Shown: piece by piece, positions 42,414-55,074 of the stretch
How the letters are laid out: the number at the start of each line of letters is the position of its first letter
How positions within the stretch are numbered: the first letter of the stretch is position 1
Assembly (NCBI RefSeq): GCF_030013595.1
Contig: NZ_CP122768.1
DNA: 64,000 bases
From: Escherichia coli
GTDB taxonomy: Bacteria > Pseudomonadota > Gammaproteobacteria > Enterobacterales > Enterobacteriaceae
Strand: one strand, 5' to 3'
Notes under the pieces: generated by a model
What the model was told of the DNA's origin: nothing
Database searches by the model: none
What the model saw: only the letters and a program-made list of their open reading frames with translations
Made by a program: the position numbers and the translations under genes

Positions 42414-42944
42414 TCAGGCTCCGGATGACTTTCGTTTTTTCTCCAGCTCCTGGCGCTTTTTTTCCAGGAGATGCTCCTGCATGGCTTTCAGATATGCATT
42501 TTCTGCGCGAAGATAACGCAGCTCATTCTTCATCTCTTCCGGCGTCATGTTTGCCTCGTTTTCATGGGTATCATCAGAACGGGTCATGCTTTTCTCCTTC
42601 CTGCGCCTGATAAAGGCCTCATTACCAGATTTGCGGTAGCCTTTTATCCAGTTTTTAACCGTGTTGTGGCTGGGAATGTTAAACCGGGCAGCTACCCGGG
42701 GTAGAGACTCAGAATGCCCGAGAGCATAAAGAACCACGCAAAGTTTATCTTCAGGAGAATAGCTACGCTTGTGTCTGCAATCCAGTGCACGAGGACCGTG
42801 AAGAAGAAAAAGATTAATCCAGTGTGAGAGGCTGGTGTGAGAAAGTTGAAAGAGTTTTGCCGTAGAAATGATGCCTGCATGACCAGCCAGGTAATGATTT
42901 ACAGCGGCAAGTTTTACTTCAAATGAATGTTTCATAAACTGCAC
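42414..42944 (-). CDS. IS3-family transposase OrfA (HTH + leucine zipper); A-run slippery site near its 3' end for OrfAB fusion
   Basis: 176 aa; GAAAAAAAG-type slippery run at ~42420-42450. Confidence 0.8.
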   Translation of the reverse strand: MQFMKHSFEVKLAAVNHYLAGHAGIISTAKLFQLSHTSLSHWINLFLLHGPRALDCRHKRSYSPEDKLCVVLYALGHSESLPRVAARFNIPSHNTVKNWIKGYRKSGNEAFIRRRKEKSMTRSDDTHENEANMTPEEMKNELRYLRAENAYLKAMQEHLLEKKRQELEKKRKSSGA

Positions 42945-42986
42945 CTTCAGATGTCAGATTATGTCCAACATTTGGGGTGCAGTTCA

Positions 42987-43085
42987 GTAAACGCCTTATC
43001 CGGCCTACGGTTCGATGCGATTTGTAGGTCGGATAAGATGCGCCAGCATCGCATCCGACAATAAGTGCCGAATGCGACCTACATT
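42987..43085. repeat. REP/BIME palindromic units (the same cluster the IS interrupted; left remnant at 41538-41554)
   Basis: gccttatccggcctac and gtaggtcggataag…gcatccgaca palindromic units. Confidence 0.6.
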
Positions 43086-43098
43086 CACATGGCGCTTT

Positions 43099-45360
43099 TT
43101 ACATCTGACGGTTTTTATTGAAGTTAATCAAACTACCCGCCTTGATAATCTCGCGCTCTTCGGCCGTCAGGCTTTCCATGTAAAGCGTAATTTCCGTTAC
43201 CGGCGCATCTTCATGGATCACATAACCTTTAAACGTCGTACCCGGATTATCCAGCGCTGCTTTAATGCCAGGGATGTAAATGTAATCCCCCACTTCAAAC
43301 GTTGGTGCTTCCGCCATCTGCAGCGGTAACATCCCCCAGTTGATGACGTTAGAACGGTAGCGTTTAGTCGCGTACTCCTCGGCAATATTCGCCAGACCGC
43401 CAATCACACGCTGGCAGCTCGCCGCCTGCTCACGCGCAGAACCATCGCCTGGTTTCACCGCATAGACCATGCTGCCAATTTCAGTTTGCAGCGGATCAAT
43501 ATGCTCCTGACCAGCAATCTGCTTAATGCGCGCAAACACCTCTGTCAGCTCGCTGACATTCCCCGCCAGACGCTGATTTTCCAGCTCAGCAGTCGCTTTA
43601 CTTCTGCCAACATAACCTGGATCGCGGCGTGACAGGGTAAACTCCGCCAGACCAATCGGATTTGAACGATAAGAAGAGGTTTCACCGGAAGGGATCAGTT
43701 CGTCGGTGGTGGTCACTTCGTCGAGGATCTTCGAGCACACTTTGAGGACGATATTGTCAGTTAGCGCCCCCAATTCTGGCCAGTCTTTTATGTTCGGTCC
43801 GTAAATCAATGGTTGCTGGGTCGCCCCTTTCACAAAGCCCTGATAAACACGGTTTTTATACGGAGTTACATCGAAGGCGTACTCCGGTACGTTGTCCCAG
43901 CAATCAAGTTCGCTGGCAGAGGTTAAATAGCCACCGTTTGCCGCAGTCGCAGCGATAGAACGAGCGTCCATCAACGCCACCGCTGACATCTGCCCATTGG
44001 CTGGCTTAGAGCCTTCGCGGTTCGGGAAGTTACGCGTGGTGTGGCGAATACTCAAACCGTTGTTGATTGGCGTATCGCCCGCGCCAAAGCATGGGCCGCA
44101 GAACGCGGTTCTGATGATTGCGCCTGCGCCAATCAAATCTGCTACCACGCCTTTTTTGGCTAAATCCATAAACACCGGCTGTGATGACGGGTAAACCGCT
44201 AACGAGAAGGTGTCATTGCCACAGGATTGACCGCGCAGCGCATTCGCCGCCGCGATGACGTTTTCATAGTTACCGCCAGAACAGCCCGCGATAATCCCCT
44301 GCTGCACTTTCAGGCGACCATTTTCCACTTTATCCAGCAGCGAGAGTTTGGCTTTACCGTGCGCCACGCGTTCGGACTCAATTTCAATCTCACGCAGAAT
44401 ATCGGTCAGGTTCTGGTTCAGCGTGTCGATTTCATATACGTTGCTCGGGTGGAACGGCAGCGCAATCATTGGTTTGATGGCGCTTAAATCAACGCTGATG
44501 CAGCCATCGTAGTATGCCATCGGTTGAGGGTTAAGCTGGCAGTAATCCTGGCCGCGTCCGTGCAGCGCCAGCCAGTTATGGACTTCTTCATCGGTTTGCC
44601 AGACAGAACTTAAACAGGTCGTTTCAGTGGTCATAACGTCAACGCTGTTACGGAAATCGGTAGAGAGCGCAGCAACACCGGGACCTACGAATTCCATCAC
44701 TTTGTTTTTGACGTAGCCGTTTTTGAACACGGCACCGATGATAGCCAGCGCCACATCCTGTGGCCCCACATACGGCGCAGGCTTTCCGGTCAAATGCACC
44801 GCAACAACTCCCGGATAGTCGATATCCCATGTGTCATTAAGCAGCTGTTTTACCAACTCACCGCCACCCTCACCGACTGCCATTGTCCCTAATGCACCGT
44901 AACGGGTGTGGCTGTCTGACCCGAGGATCATTTTGCCGCCGCCTGCCATCATCTCACGCATATATTGATGGATGACCGCAATATGCGGAGGCACAAAAAT
45001 ACCGCCATAACGCTGAGCCGCCGATAAACCAAAAACATGGTCATCACCGTTAATGGTGCCGCCGACGGCGCAAAGTGAGTTATGGCAGTTGGTCAGCACA
45101 TACGGCAGCGGGAAACGTTCCATACCGGACGCTTTAGCGGTCTGTACAATACCAACAAAGGTAATATCGTGAGAGGCTAATGAATCAAACTTAATTTTAA
45201 GTTTATCCATATTTCCGGACGTATTATGAGAAGAGAGAATAGACCAGGCAATAGTGCCTTTTTTTGCTTCTTCTTTTTTAATTTCGCCGGTGAAATGTTC
45301 TTCGGCAATTATTTCGTTATTACTGGCGAGAAACACGCCTTTTTCAGATAACTTGATCAT
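43099..45360 (-). CDS. ybhJ: YbhJ aconitase-family protein
   Basis: 753 aa from ATG at MIKLSEKG (track start is an upstream GTG); aconitase-like Fe-S ligand region. Confidence 0.85.
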   Translation of the reverse strand: MIKLSEKGVFLASNNEIIAEEHFTGEIKKEEAKKGTIAWSILSSHNTSGNMDKLKIKFDSLASHDITFVGIVQTAKASGMERFPLPYVLTNCHNSLCAVGGTINGDDHVFGLSAAQRYGGIFVPPHIAVIHQYMREMMAGGGKMILGSDSHTRYGALGTMAVGEGGGELVKQLLNDTWDIDYPGVVAVHLTGKPAPYVGPQDVALAIIGAVFKNGYVKNKVMEFVGPGVAALSTDFRNSVDVMTTETTCLSSVWQTDEEVHNWLALHGRGQDYCQLNPQPMAYYDGCISVDLSAIKPMIALPFHPSNVYEIDTLNQNLTDILREIEIESERVAHGKAKLSLLDKVENGRLKVQQGIIAGCSGGNYENVIAAANALRGQSCGNDTFSLAVYPSSQPVFMDLAKKGVVADLIGAGAIIRTAFCGPCFGAGDTPINNGLSIRHTTRNFPNREGSKPANGQMSAVALMDARSIAATAANGGYLTSASELDCWDNVPEYAFDVTPYKNRVYQGFVKGATQQPLIYGPNIKDWPELGALTDNIVLKVCSKILDEVTTTDELIPSGETSSYRSNPIGLAEFTLSRRDPGYVGRSKATAELENQRLAGNVSELTEVFARIKQIAGQEHIDPLQTEIGSMVYAVKPGDGSAREQAASCQRVIGGLANIAEEYATKRYRSNVINWGMLPLQMAEAPTFEVGDYIYIPGIKAALDNPGTTFKGYVIHEDAPVTEITLYMESLTAEEREIIKAGSLINFNKNRQM

Positions 45361-45410
45361 CAAATGCTCCAGATATCTGCGCACCGTGAAGTGCGCAGAA
45401 AGATAATAAA

Positions 45411-45540
45411 TGGATATACTCTAAATAATTCGAGTTGCAGGAAGGCGACAAGCGAGTGAATCCCCAGGAGCTTACATAAGTAAGTGACTGGGGTGAGCGA
45501 ACGCAGACGCAGCACATGCAACTTGAAGTATGACGAGTAT
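45411..45540. repeat. ERIC/IRU repetitive element
   Basis: Contains gtgaatccccaggagcttacataagtaagtgactggggtgagcg core. Confidence 0.65.
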
Positions 45541-45542
45541 AT

Positions 45543-46976
45543 TTACAGCATGTTCCAGCCGATCAGCATATTCCACCACCACACGCCGAGGGTGATATGC
45601 ACCAGGAAGGTTAATATCGTCAGTACCGCACCGACCAACCACCAGGATTTAATATCGTTGTAACCCACGCCAAAGATGACCGGACCTGCCGCGCCGCCAT
45701 AGTGAGTAACCATGCCGCCATAGGAGTTAGAGAACAACAGTGCCAGCGCGGTTAACATTAACGGTGCGCCGGAGACGTTCGCCAGCATGGCAAATACCGG
45801 TAACATAGCAACGATATAGGCACTACCGGAAGCGAAGAAATAACGAACGATGATGCTGAGGAAAATAATAACGAAGAAAGCAACGTTACCGTGACCATCA
45901 AATGCCAGGTTATTTTTAAAGACTTCAGCTAACCATTCGAAAAATTTAACTTTCGATAATAAGGAGCTTAAGCCGATAATACCGCCGTACCAGATTAAGG
46001 TATTCCATCCGCCTTTATTTTTAACCACGTCTTCCCAGGTAACGATACCCAGCAGCAGCATGGTCGCCATAACAACGATTGCCACGGTGGATTCATCAAC
46101 CCCCAGAGACTTACTGAAAATCCAGCCCAGTAGCGCCAGCACAAAGACACCGAGCAGCATTTTTTCGCGGATTTTCATCGGTCCCAGTTCGGCAAGGCCC
46201 GCTTTGGCGATGGTTTTGTTATCCACCTTCTTAATTTCTGGCGGATACATGGTGTAAATCACCAGCGGGGTGACCAGCAGCATAATGATGCCCGGCAATC
46301 CGGCTGCCAGCGCCCATCCACCCCAGCTAATTTGCAGGTGCAGAATGTCGTTGATCATTTTCAGCGCCAGAATGTTCCCCGCCATTGCGGTAAAGAACAT
46401 ATAGCTGGTGGTTTTGGTGACCATGTAAATGGACATCATCAGGTAATGTCCGACACGACGCGGACTTTTTTCCGGTTCGGACCCCAAAGCCACCGCCACG
46501 CTGTTGATGATCGGTAACACAATGCCGCCCGCACGCGCGGTGTTAGACGGTGTTGCCGGAGCCAGTACCAGATCGAGGAATACCGTAACGTAACCCAGAC
46601 CCAGCGTGGTGTTACCGATTTTACCAATCAGCAGATAGGCTATACGTTTACCTAAGCCGGTGGTCACAAATGCGGCGCTTAAGGTAAACGCCGAGAACAC
46701 CAGCCAGGTGGTACCTGAAGAGTAACCGCTTAATACGGCGGTGGTCTTAAACGCACCGTCGGATAAGTTACCGACCACCACCATTGAGGCAGCAACGGCA
46801 ATTAACAGTACGACAGGTTCCGGGAAAGGCTTGATAACCAGCCCCACAATGGCCGCCAGGTAAATACCAAAAAGCACCCACGCCAGTTCGCTTAATCCTG
46901 CCGGAGCTGGCATAAAGCCAATAATACATGGGATCGCTAATATCAGAATTAGCTTCCATAACGATTTTTTATTCAT
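45543..46976 (-). CDS. ybhI: YbhI DASS-family anion transporter
   Basis: 477 aa polytopic membrane protein. Confidence 0.85.
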   Translation of the reverse strand: MNKKSLWKLILILAIPCIIGFMPAPAGLSELAWVLFGIYLAAIVGLVIKPFPEPVVLLIAVAASMVVVGNLSDGAFKTTAVLSGYSSGTTWLVFSAFTLSAAFVTTGLGKRIAYLLIGKIGNTTLGLGYVTVFLDLVLAPATPSNTARAGGIVLPIINSVAVALGSEPEKSPRRVGHYLMMSIYMVTKTTSYMFFTAMAGNILALKMINDILHLQISWGGWALAAGLPGIIMLLVTPLVIYTMYPPEIKKVDNKTIAKAGLAELGPMKIREKMLLGVFVLALLGWIFSKSLGVDESTVAIVVMATMLLLGIVTWEDVVKNKGGWNTLIWYGGIIGLSSLLSKVKFFEWLAEVFKNNLAFDGHGNVAFFVIIFLSIIVRYFFASGSAYIVAMLPVFAMLANVSGAPLMLTALALLFSNSYGGMVTHYGGAAGPVIFGVGYNDIKSWWLVGAVLTILTFLVHITLGVWWWNMLIGWNML

Positions 46977-47051
46977 TTAAAATCCTGTTCTTTCTGTATG
47001 ACTCATACAGAAGTCCTTTATTGATTGTCCTTATCCTGACAACGAATTTTT

Positions 47052-48104
47052 TCAGGGAAGAAAAACTTCACCGGAAAATATTTTTCTGGTTGTCCGAATA
47101 ACAGATGCGCGTAACGTCGTGGCATCCTGACCTTCATTACTTAAATGAACGTCGAGCGCACCACTGGGGTGTTCAATATTGATATTGCCGTATCCTACAG
47201 AAGGGACGATTTGTCGGGTGACGGTGCCTTCCAATGCACAACTACTGGAAATGGCAATAGCACCGGTTATCGCCAGCGCGCGATGGCAAGAATGCGGCAT
47301 AAAATAACGCACATTAATTGCTCCGCCTTTCTGCGCTGGAGAAATAAGCACAGGTTTAGGGATAACCATATTACTGACATCGCCTAAGCCCATTGCTTTA
47401 CCCGCTTGTAGACGGATAGATTCAATGCGGGCTAATAATGCTTTGTCGGCATCCAGCTCCGCCGGTAATTCATAGCCTGTTTTTCCCAGATATTCAGCAG
47501 GAATAATGACAACTGGCATCGCCATATCGATACAGGTCACCGGGACATCGTCAAAATAATCAATCTGATTATCCGTCGGGAAGACTTTTCCGGTTTTGGT
47601 TCCGGCGGCATTCAGGAAAGTGAGCGCAACCGGTGCGGCAGTACCCGGTACGCCGTCAATTCTGGCGCAACCCTCGTACTCGACAACACCATTTGGCGTT
47701 TGCACATCAGCTTCGATGAACGTACCCGTATTGACGTTGCGGATACGTACGCGGGTAACTGGCGAAGTCGCTGCAATCAAACCATTTTCAATGGCGAATG
47801 CCCCAACGCCAGACAGCATATTGCCGCAGTTAGGCGTGGTATCGACACGTTGCTCATGGACGATAACTTGAGCAAACAGATAATCGACATCTGCACGCGG
47901 ATCGCTGGAGCGGCTAATAATGGCGACTTTACTGGTCAGCGGATTACCGCCGCCAATACCGTCAATTTCCAGATCGTTACCGGAACCCATAATTGCCATC
48001 AATATTTTATCGCGCTGCGTTTGATCTTCGGGTAGATGTTCCGCTAACAGGAACGCGCCCCTCGAGGTTCCACCTCGCATCATCACGCAGGGTATTTTTT
48101 TCAT
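47052..48104 (-). CDS. ybhH: YbhH PrpF-family isomerase
   Basis: 350 aa. Confidence 0.85.
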   Translation of the reverse strand: MKKIPCVMMRGGTSRGAFLLAEHLPEDQTQRDKILMAIMGSGNDLEIDGIGGGNPLTSKVAIISRSSDPRADVDYLFAQVIVHEQRVDTTPNCGNMLSGVGAFAIENGLIAATSPVTRVRIRNVNTGTFIEADVQTPNGVVEYEGCARIDGVPGTAAPVALTFLNAAGTKTGKVFPTDNQIDYFDDVPVTCIDMAMPVVIIPAEYLGKTGYELPAELDADKALLARIESIRLQAGKAMGLGDVSNMVIPKPVLISPAQKGGAINVRYFMPHSCHRALAITGAIAISSSCALEGTVTRQIVPSVGYGNINIEHPSGALDVHLSNEGQDATTLRASVIRTTRKIFSGEVFLP

Positions 48105-48287
48105 AATAATGCCCTCAATTTAAAAACATAACTTATTGCGATATGGTTACATTAAGGGCAAAGCATCTCTAATGACTTTAGCTCAACGATTAATAACATT
48201 TTTTCATTAATTTAAGTTGGCTAAATGCAGTTAAAATTTTTAACGGCCAGCTACCCAAAATCGACGCTTCCATTTTCCGGAGTAATA

Positions 48288-49241
48288 ATGAAGCATGAAT
48301 TATCAAGTATGAAGGCATTTGTCATACTGGCAGAGTCCAGTTCATTTAACAATGCCGCTAAATTACTCAATATTACGCAACCTGCATTAACGCGAAGAAT
48401 AAAAAAGATGGAGGAAGATTTACATATCCAACTATTTGAGCGTACAACTCGCAAGGTTACGTTAACAAAAGCAGGAAAAAGATTGCTCCCGGAGGCGCGG
48501 GAATTAATAAAGAAACTCGATGAAACGCTTTTTAATATTCGTGATATGAATGCTTATCATCGTGGTATGGTGACGTTAGCGTGTATTCCGACTGCAGTAT
48601 TTTATTTTTTACCGCTGGCAATCGGTAAATTTAATGAGCTGTATCCCAATATTAAAGTGCGAATTCTGGAACAAGGCACGAATAATTGCATGGAATCGGT
48701 GCTGTGTAACGAATCAGACTTTGGCATAAACATGAACAACGTCACAAATTCATCCATTGATTTTACCCCACTGGTCAACGAGCCGTTCGTGCTGGCCTGT
48801 CGGCGTGACCATCCATTGGCCAAAAAGCAGCTTGTTGAATGGCAGGAGTTAGTGGGTTACAAAATGATTGGCGTACGTTCCTCCAGCGGCAACCGATTGT
48901 TGATAGAACAACAGCTAGCCGACAAGCCCTGGAAGCTGGACTGGTTTTACGAAGTGCGTCATCTTTCGACGTCATTAGGACTGGTGGAGGCAGGACTGGG
49001 GATTTCGGCGCTTCCTGGTCTGGCAATGCCCCATGCGCCCTATTCTTCGATTATTGGTATCCCACTGGTGGAACCCGTTATACGTCGGACATTGGGGATT
49101 ATTCGCCGCAAAGATGCCGTGCTTTCTCCGGCAGCTGAACGCTTTTTTGCCTTGCTGATTAATTTGTGGACTGACGATAAAGACAATTTGTGGACCAATA
49201 TCGTCGAACGCCAGAGACATGCGTTACAGGAGATAGGTTAA
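48288..49241 (+). CDS. ybhD: YbhD LysR-family transcriptional regulator
   Basis: Start at MKHELSSMKAF; HTH LysR N-terminus. Confidence 0.85.
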   Translation: MKHELSSMKAFVILAESSSFNNAAKLLNITQPALTRRIKKMEEDLHIQLFERTTRKVTLTKAGKRLLPEARELIKKLDETLFNIRDMNAYHRGMVTLACIPTAVFYFLPLAIGKFNELYPNIKVRILEQGTNNCMESVLCNESDFGINMNNVTNSSIDFTPLVNEPFVLACRRDHPLAKKQLVEWQELVGYKMIGVRSSSGNRLLIEQQLADKPWKLDWFYEVRHLSTSLGLVEAGLGISALPGLAMPHAPYSSIIGIPLVEPVIRRTLGIIRRKDAVLSPAAERFFALLINLWTDDKDNLWTNIVERQRHALQEIG

Positions 49242-49281
49242 TACACCGGCGCAGGAGAGACTGCGCCGGGTAAATCAGCGG

Positions 49282-50313
<1,032 letters not shown>

Positions 50314-50431
50314 CTAAAATTAGTCGCTTTTGGCGGTGAATGCTGAATTAAAACGCAGAATTTTGTCCGATAGTGGTATCGGTGTACCATTCGCGCAGAC
50401 GAAAATTCTTAACCTTAATCTGGAATACGCC

Positions 50432-51250
50432 ATGACCACACGCGTGATTGCTCTCGACTTAGACGGCACCTTATTGACCCCGAAAAAGACCCTGCTTCCT
50501 TCATCGATAGAAGCTCTGGCCCGTGCTCGCGAAGCAGGCTATCAATTAATCATCGTCACAGGTCGCCATCACGTCGCTATTCATCCTTTTTATCAGGCGC
50601 TGGCGCTGGATACACCTGCTATTTGCTGTAATGGCACCTATTTGTATGATTATCATGCAAAAACAGTGCTGGAAGCGGACCCAATGCCCGTTAATAAAGC
50701 CCTGCAACTCATTGAGATGCTGAATGAACACCACATTCACGGTCTGATGTATGTGGATGATGCGATGGTCTATGAGCACCCGACCGGGCATGTCATTCGC
50801 ACGTCTAACTGGGCGCAAACCCTGCCGCCGGAACAGCGTCCGACTTTCACACAAGTCGCTTCTCTGGCTGAAACGGCGCAACAAGTTAACGCCGTATGGA
50901 AGTTCGCCCTGACGCACGACGACCTGCCGCAATTGCAGCATTTTGGTAAGCATGTCGAACATGAACTGGGACTGGAGTGTGAATGGTCCTGGCACGATCA
51001 GGTTGATATTGCACGCGGCGGCAACAGCAAAGGTAAACGTTTGACGAAATGGGTTGAGGCACAAGGTTGGTCGATGGAAAACGTCGTGGCATTCGGCGAT
51101 AACTTTAATGATATCAGTATGCTGGAAGCCGCTGGTACAGGCGTGGCGATGGGCAACGCCGATGACGCGGTAAAAGCGCGCGCCAACATTGTGATTGGTG
51201 ATAACACCACCGACAGCATTGCCCGGTTCATTTATAGCCACCTGATTTAA
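50432..51250 (+). CDS. ybhA: YbhA HAD-family pyridoxal phosphate phosphatase
   Basis: Start at MTTRVIALDLDGTLL (HAD motif I); 272 aa. Confidence 0.85.
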   Translation: MTTRVIALDLDGTLLTPKKTLLPSSIEALARAREAGYQLIIVTGRHHVAIHPFYQALALDTPAICCNGTYLYDYHAKTVLEADPMPVNKALQLIEMLNEHHIHGLMYVDDAMVYEHPTGHVIRTSNWAQTLPPEQRPTFTQVASLAETAQQVNAVWKFALTHDDLPQLQHFGKHVEHELGLECEWSWHDQVDIARGGNSKGKRLTKWVEAQGWSMENVVAFGDNFNDISMLEAAGTGVAMGNADDAVKARANIVIGDNTTDSIARFIYSHLI

Positions 51251-52309
51251 TCAGGCAGTTATCGACACACTTTTAATTTGCGCGTACAGCCACAGGCCAG
51301 GTTTGATCGCCAGTTCATCCCTGGCCCACGGGCTGATACGCGCCCACAGCGTTTTACCGCCGACTTCCAGCTCCACTTCCACCTGGCCGTTGTCGTCATA
51401 ACTATTAACAACTTTTGCCCGCAATACGTTACGAATGCTGGTTTGCTGCGGCGGTTGTAAAACCAGCGAGACATCGGAAGCCTGAATGCGGATGCGTAGC
51501 GCAGCTTGCAGCGGTTCGTCCAGCTTATTGACCCACAAATGCTGATCGCCCAGCGCCAGCGCGGTCATCGCGTAATGCGGATGATGCTCAAGCACCGTCA
51601 CTTTCAGAATGCTACTTTGTTGCTCTTTCGGCAGCCACGGATTCATCACGCTACTGCCCCACACTTCCTCCAGCGCGCCAAAGGCTTTCACCTGACCGTT
51701 TTCCAGTACCATCACTCTGTCTGCCAGATGGAGGATCTCATCCAGCGAATGGCTGACATACAACATCGGAATGTTGATTTCCCGTGTCAGCCGTTGCAGA
51801 TAAGGCAACAGTTCGCGTTTACGCGGAATATCCAGTGACGCCAGCGGTTCATCCAGCAACAGCAATTCCGGTGCTGTCAGCAAAGCCCGACCAATCGCCA
51901 CGCGCTGTTTTTCGCCTCCGGACAGGCTGCCTGGTAAACGGTCAAGCAACGGTTCAATGCCTAAAAGCGCCACCAGCTTATCGAACTGAACGACCATACT
52001 TTTCGACATGCCGTAGCGCAGATTGCCACGCACTTTGTAATGCGGGAACAGCCGCGCATCCTGAAAAACATAGCCAACGCGACGCTTTTCCGGCGTCAGG
52101 CAGATACCTTTTTCGGCATCATTTAGTACCCGCCCATTGAGGACAATCCGCCCTTTTTGCGGGCGCGTCAGTCCACTGATGGCGTTAATCAGCGAAGTTT
52201 TTCCGGCACCGGAGACGCCAAAGATAGCAGTGATGCCATTGGCGGGCAGCGTTTCATTAATGATCAGGCAATGGTTGCCCAACGTCTGGGAAAAATTCAG
52301 TTCCAGCAT
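51251..52309 (-). CDS. modC: molybdate ABC transporter ATPase
   Basis: 352 aa, Walker [11 protein letters not shown]-terminal TOBE domain. Confidence 0.9.
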   Translation of the reverse strand: MLELNFSQTLGNHCLIINETLPANGITAIFGVSGAGKTSLINAISGLTRPQKGRIVLNGRVLNDAEKGICLTPEKRRVGYVFQDARLFPHYKVRGNLRYGMSKSMVVQFDKLVALLGIEPLLDRLPGSLSGGEKQRVAIGRALLTAPELLLLDEPLASLDIPRKRELLPYLQRLTREINIPMLYVSHSLDEILHLADRVMVLENGQVKAFGALEEVWGSSVMNPWLPKEQQSSILKVTVLEHHPHYAMTALALGDQHLWVNKLDEPLQAALRIRIQASDVSLVLQPPQQTSIRNVLRAKVVNSYDDNGQVEVELEVGGKTLWARISPWARDELAIKPGLWLYAQIKSVSITA

Positions 52310-52311
52310 GA

Positions 52312-53001
52312 TTAGCGCCCCGCCCGTTCACGGCTGATTCTGGCCAGCCATTCTGAAATCAACAGGGAGATCATCGCCAGCGCAATAGAAATAATGCACA
52401 GTCTCGCCGCGCCACTTTCCCCGCCGGGGGTCTGGATCAGGGTATACATGGCAGAAGGAATGGTTCGCGTTTCACCAGGAATGTTCGACACAAAGGTGAT
52501 GGTTGCACCAAACTCACCGAGAGAACGAGCAAAAGCCAGTACCGTACCAACAATAATGCCCGGTAAGGTCAGCGGTAACGTGATAGTAAAGAAAACGCGC
52601 CAGCGCCCGGCACCCAGTGTTCTTGCGGCCTGTTCCAGTTTGACATCAACCCCTTCCAGCGCCAGACGAATTGCCCGCACCATCAGCGGAAACGACATGA
52701 CGGCGGCAGCGAGAACCGCGCCGCGCCAGCTAAAGGCGAAGGTAATGCCAAACCAGTCATACAGACGTTCACCGATAAATCCGCGCCGTCCCATCGAAAC
52801 TAATAATAAGTAACCGACGACCACGGGCGGTAACACCAGCGGTAGATGCAGTACGCTATCGAGCAGAGCTTTGCCCGGAAACGTGCAACGCACCAGTAAC
52901 CAGGCAAAAAAGATCCCAAACGGCAGGCTAAACAGCACAGCCAGGGAAGAAACTTTCAGGCTTAGTAAAACCGCCTGCCATTCTGGATCGGTCAGTATCA
53001 T
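52312..53001 (-). CDS. modB: molybdate ABC transporter permease
   Basis: 229 aa. Confidence 0.9.
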   Translation of the reverse strand: MILTDPEWQAVLLSLKVSSLAVLFSLPFGIFFAWLLVRCTFPGKALLDSVLHLPLVLPPVVVGYLLLVSMGRRGFIGERLYDWFGITFAFSWRGAVLAAAVMSFPLMVRAIRLALEGVDVKLEQAARTLGAGRWRVFFTITLPLTLPGIIVGTVLAFARSLGEFGATITFVSNIPGETRTIPSAMYTLIQTPGGESGAARLCIISIALAMISLLISEWLARISRERAGR

Positions 53002-53774
53002 TACTTGGTTGTAAATCCGTAACGTTTAAAGATTTCCGCAGCCTGCGGCCCCTTCAGATAATCATAAAATGCTTTCACTGTCGCATTGTTATGCCCTTCC
53101 ACAACTGCAACCGGATATTCCACTTTTTTATGTGAATCTTCCGGGAAGGTGGCAACCACTTTTACCCCTTTGCTGGCAACTGCGTCAGAACCGTAAACAA
53201 TACCCAGCGGCGCTTCATTGCGTTCGACCAACGCCAGCGCGCCACGAACATCTTCCGCCGGAGCCAGTTTCGGGGAGAGCGTATCCCATGCGCCCAGTTT
53301 TTGCAGTGCTTCTTTTGCATAAATGCCAGCGGGAACATGTTCCGGATCGCCAACCGCCAGGCGACCGCCATTCAGCAGTGAAGTCCAGTTGGTTTTGCTG
53401 TCGATGGTGAAATCTTTCTGCTCGCTGGCTTTCGGTGCTACAACGACCAGGCTATTGCCGAGCAGTGTCTGACGCGTAGCTGTATCGATCGCTTTTTTAT
53501 CAACCGCATAATCCATCCATTTCTGATCGGCAGAAATAAACAGATCCGCAGGGGCACCCGCTTCAATCTGACGGGCGAGAGTAGATGACGAAGCGAAAGA
53601 AGAAACCACATCCACGCCTTTCTCTTTTTTATACTGCGTAGCAATGTCCTGCATTGCGTTAGTCAGTGATGCGGCGGCGAACACCGTGATTTTCCCTTCA
53701 TCTGCCACTGCATTGCCAGCAACAGCGAAAGAGAGTGCCGCCCCGGCAAACAAGTTCAACCATTTACGAGCCAT
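53001..53774 (-). CDS. modA: molybdate-binding periplasmic protein
   Basis: 257 aa with signal peptide. Confidence 0.9.
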   Translation of the reverse strand: MARKWLNLFAGAALSFAVAGNAVADEGKITVFAAASLTNAMQDIATQYKKEKGVDVVSSFASSSTLARQIEAGAPADLFISADQKWMDYAVDKKAIDTATRQTLLGNSLVVVAPKASEQKDFTIDSKTNWTSLLNGGRLAVGDPEHVPAGIYAKEALQKLGAWDTLSPKLAPAEDVRGALALVERNEAPLGIVYGSDAVASKGVKVVATFPEDSHKKVEYPVAVVEGHNNATVKAFYDYLKGPQAAEIFKRYGFTTK

Positions 53775-53940
53775 TGGTAACCCCTTAATGTAACGTTATG
53801 TAGGCGACAATATAACGACTAACTCGGAATTTTCCCAGCAGTTATTGCTAACCTTTGTGAGGTAGTTAAGAAAAAATATCGGCAGGAAAAGCAGGAAGTT
53901 GAGAAAAAGAAAATGCCCGACTAAGCGGGCATTCAGGGAA

Positions 53941-54108
<168 letters not shown>

Positions 54109-54218
54109 TCATGAGACTATTCTAACCGCTAAGCACAGAAAAGCACTCCCCTTTTGTGCGGTCAGCTTTGCGTGGCGTTCGTTTTCCGTCACAATAAGAC
54201 TTTTGCCAGGACATTGTT

Positions 54219-55007
54219 ATGCAGGCCGAAATCCTTCTCACCCTTAAGCTCCAACAAAAATTATTCGCCGACCCGCGCCGCATTTCGCTACTAAAACACA
54301 TTGCGCTTTCCGGTTCCATTAGCCAGGGAGCGAAAGATGCCGGTATCAGCTATAAAAGCGCCTGGGATGCCATTAACGAGATGAATCAGTTAAGTGAGCA
54401 TATTCTGGTCGAGCGCGCAACAGGCGGTAAAGGTGGCGGCGGCGCAGTACTGACCCGCTATGGTCAGCGACTGATTCAGCTCTATGACTTACTGGCGCAA
54501 ATCCAGCAAAAAGCCTTTGATGTGTTAAGTGACGATGACGCCCTGCCGCTGAACAGCCTGCTGGCCGCGATCTCACGTTTTTCACTGCAAACCAGCGCCC
54601 GTAACCAGTGGTTCGGTACCATCACCGCCCGCGATCATGATGACGTTCAACAGCATGTTGATGTCTTACTGGCTGATGGAAAAACACGCCTGAAAGTCGC
54701 AATTACCGCACAAAGCGGCGCGCGTCTGGGGCTGGATGAAGGCAAAGAAGTGTTGATATTGCTAAAAGCGCCGTGGGTAGGCATTACTCAGGACGAAGCT
54801 GTCGCACAAAACGCCGACAACCAATTACCGGGTATTATTAGTCATATTGAGCGCGGCGCAGAGCAGTGCGAAGTATTAATGGCGCTACCCGACGGGCAAA
54901 CACTGTGCGCCACAGTGCCGGTAAATGAAGCGACTTCTCTTCAGCAAGGACAGAATGTCACGGCCTACTTTAATGCCGACAGCGTGATTATCGCCACGCT
55001 GTGCTAA
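54219..55007 (+). CDS. modE: molybdate-responsive transcriptional regulator ModE
   Basis: 262 aa, N-terminal HTH, tandem TOBE domains. Confidence 0.9.
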   Translation: MQAEILLTLKLQQKLFADPRRISLLKHIALSGSISQGAKDAGISYKSAWDAINEMNQLSEHILVERATGGKGGGGAVLTRYGQRLIQLYDLLAQIQQKAFDVLSDDDALPLNSLLAAISRFSLQTSARNQWFGTITARDHDDVQQHVDVLLADGKTRLKVAITAQSGARLGLDEGKEVLILLKAPWVGITQDEAVAQNADNQLPGIISHIERGAEQCEVLMALPDGQTLCATVPVNEATSLQQGQNVTAYFNADSVIIATLC

Positions 55008-55074
55008 GCGTGTTGACAATTTGTTATGAAACACGTATCCCTGTCAGTAATCGCTGCACAAAATGGGATATAAA

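Noticed and set aside
48225-48287. Upstream extension of ybhD in the ORF track (338 aa)
   Set aside because: Start at MKHELSS gives the expected ~317-aa LysR regulator; the upstream codons look like promoter region.
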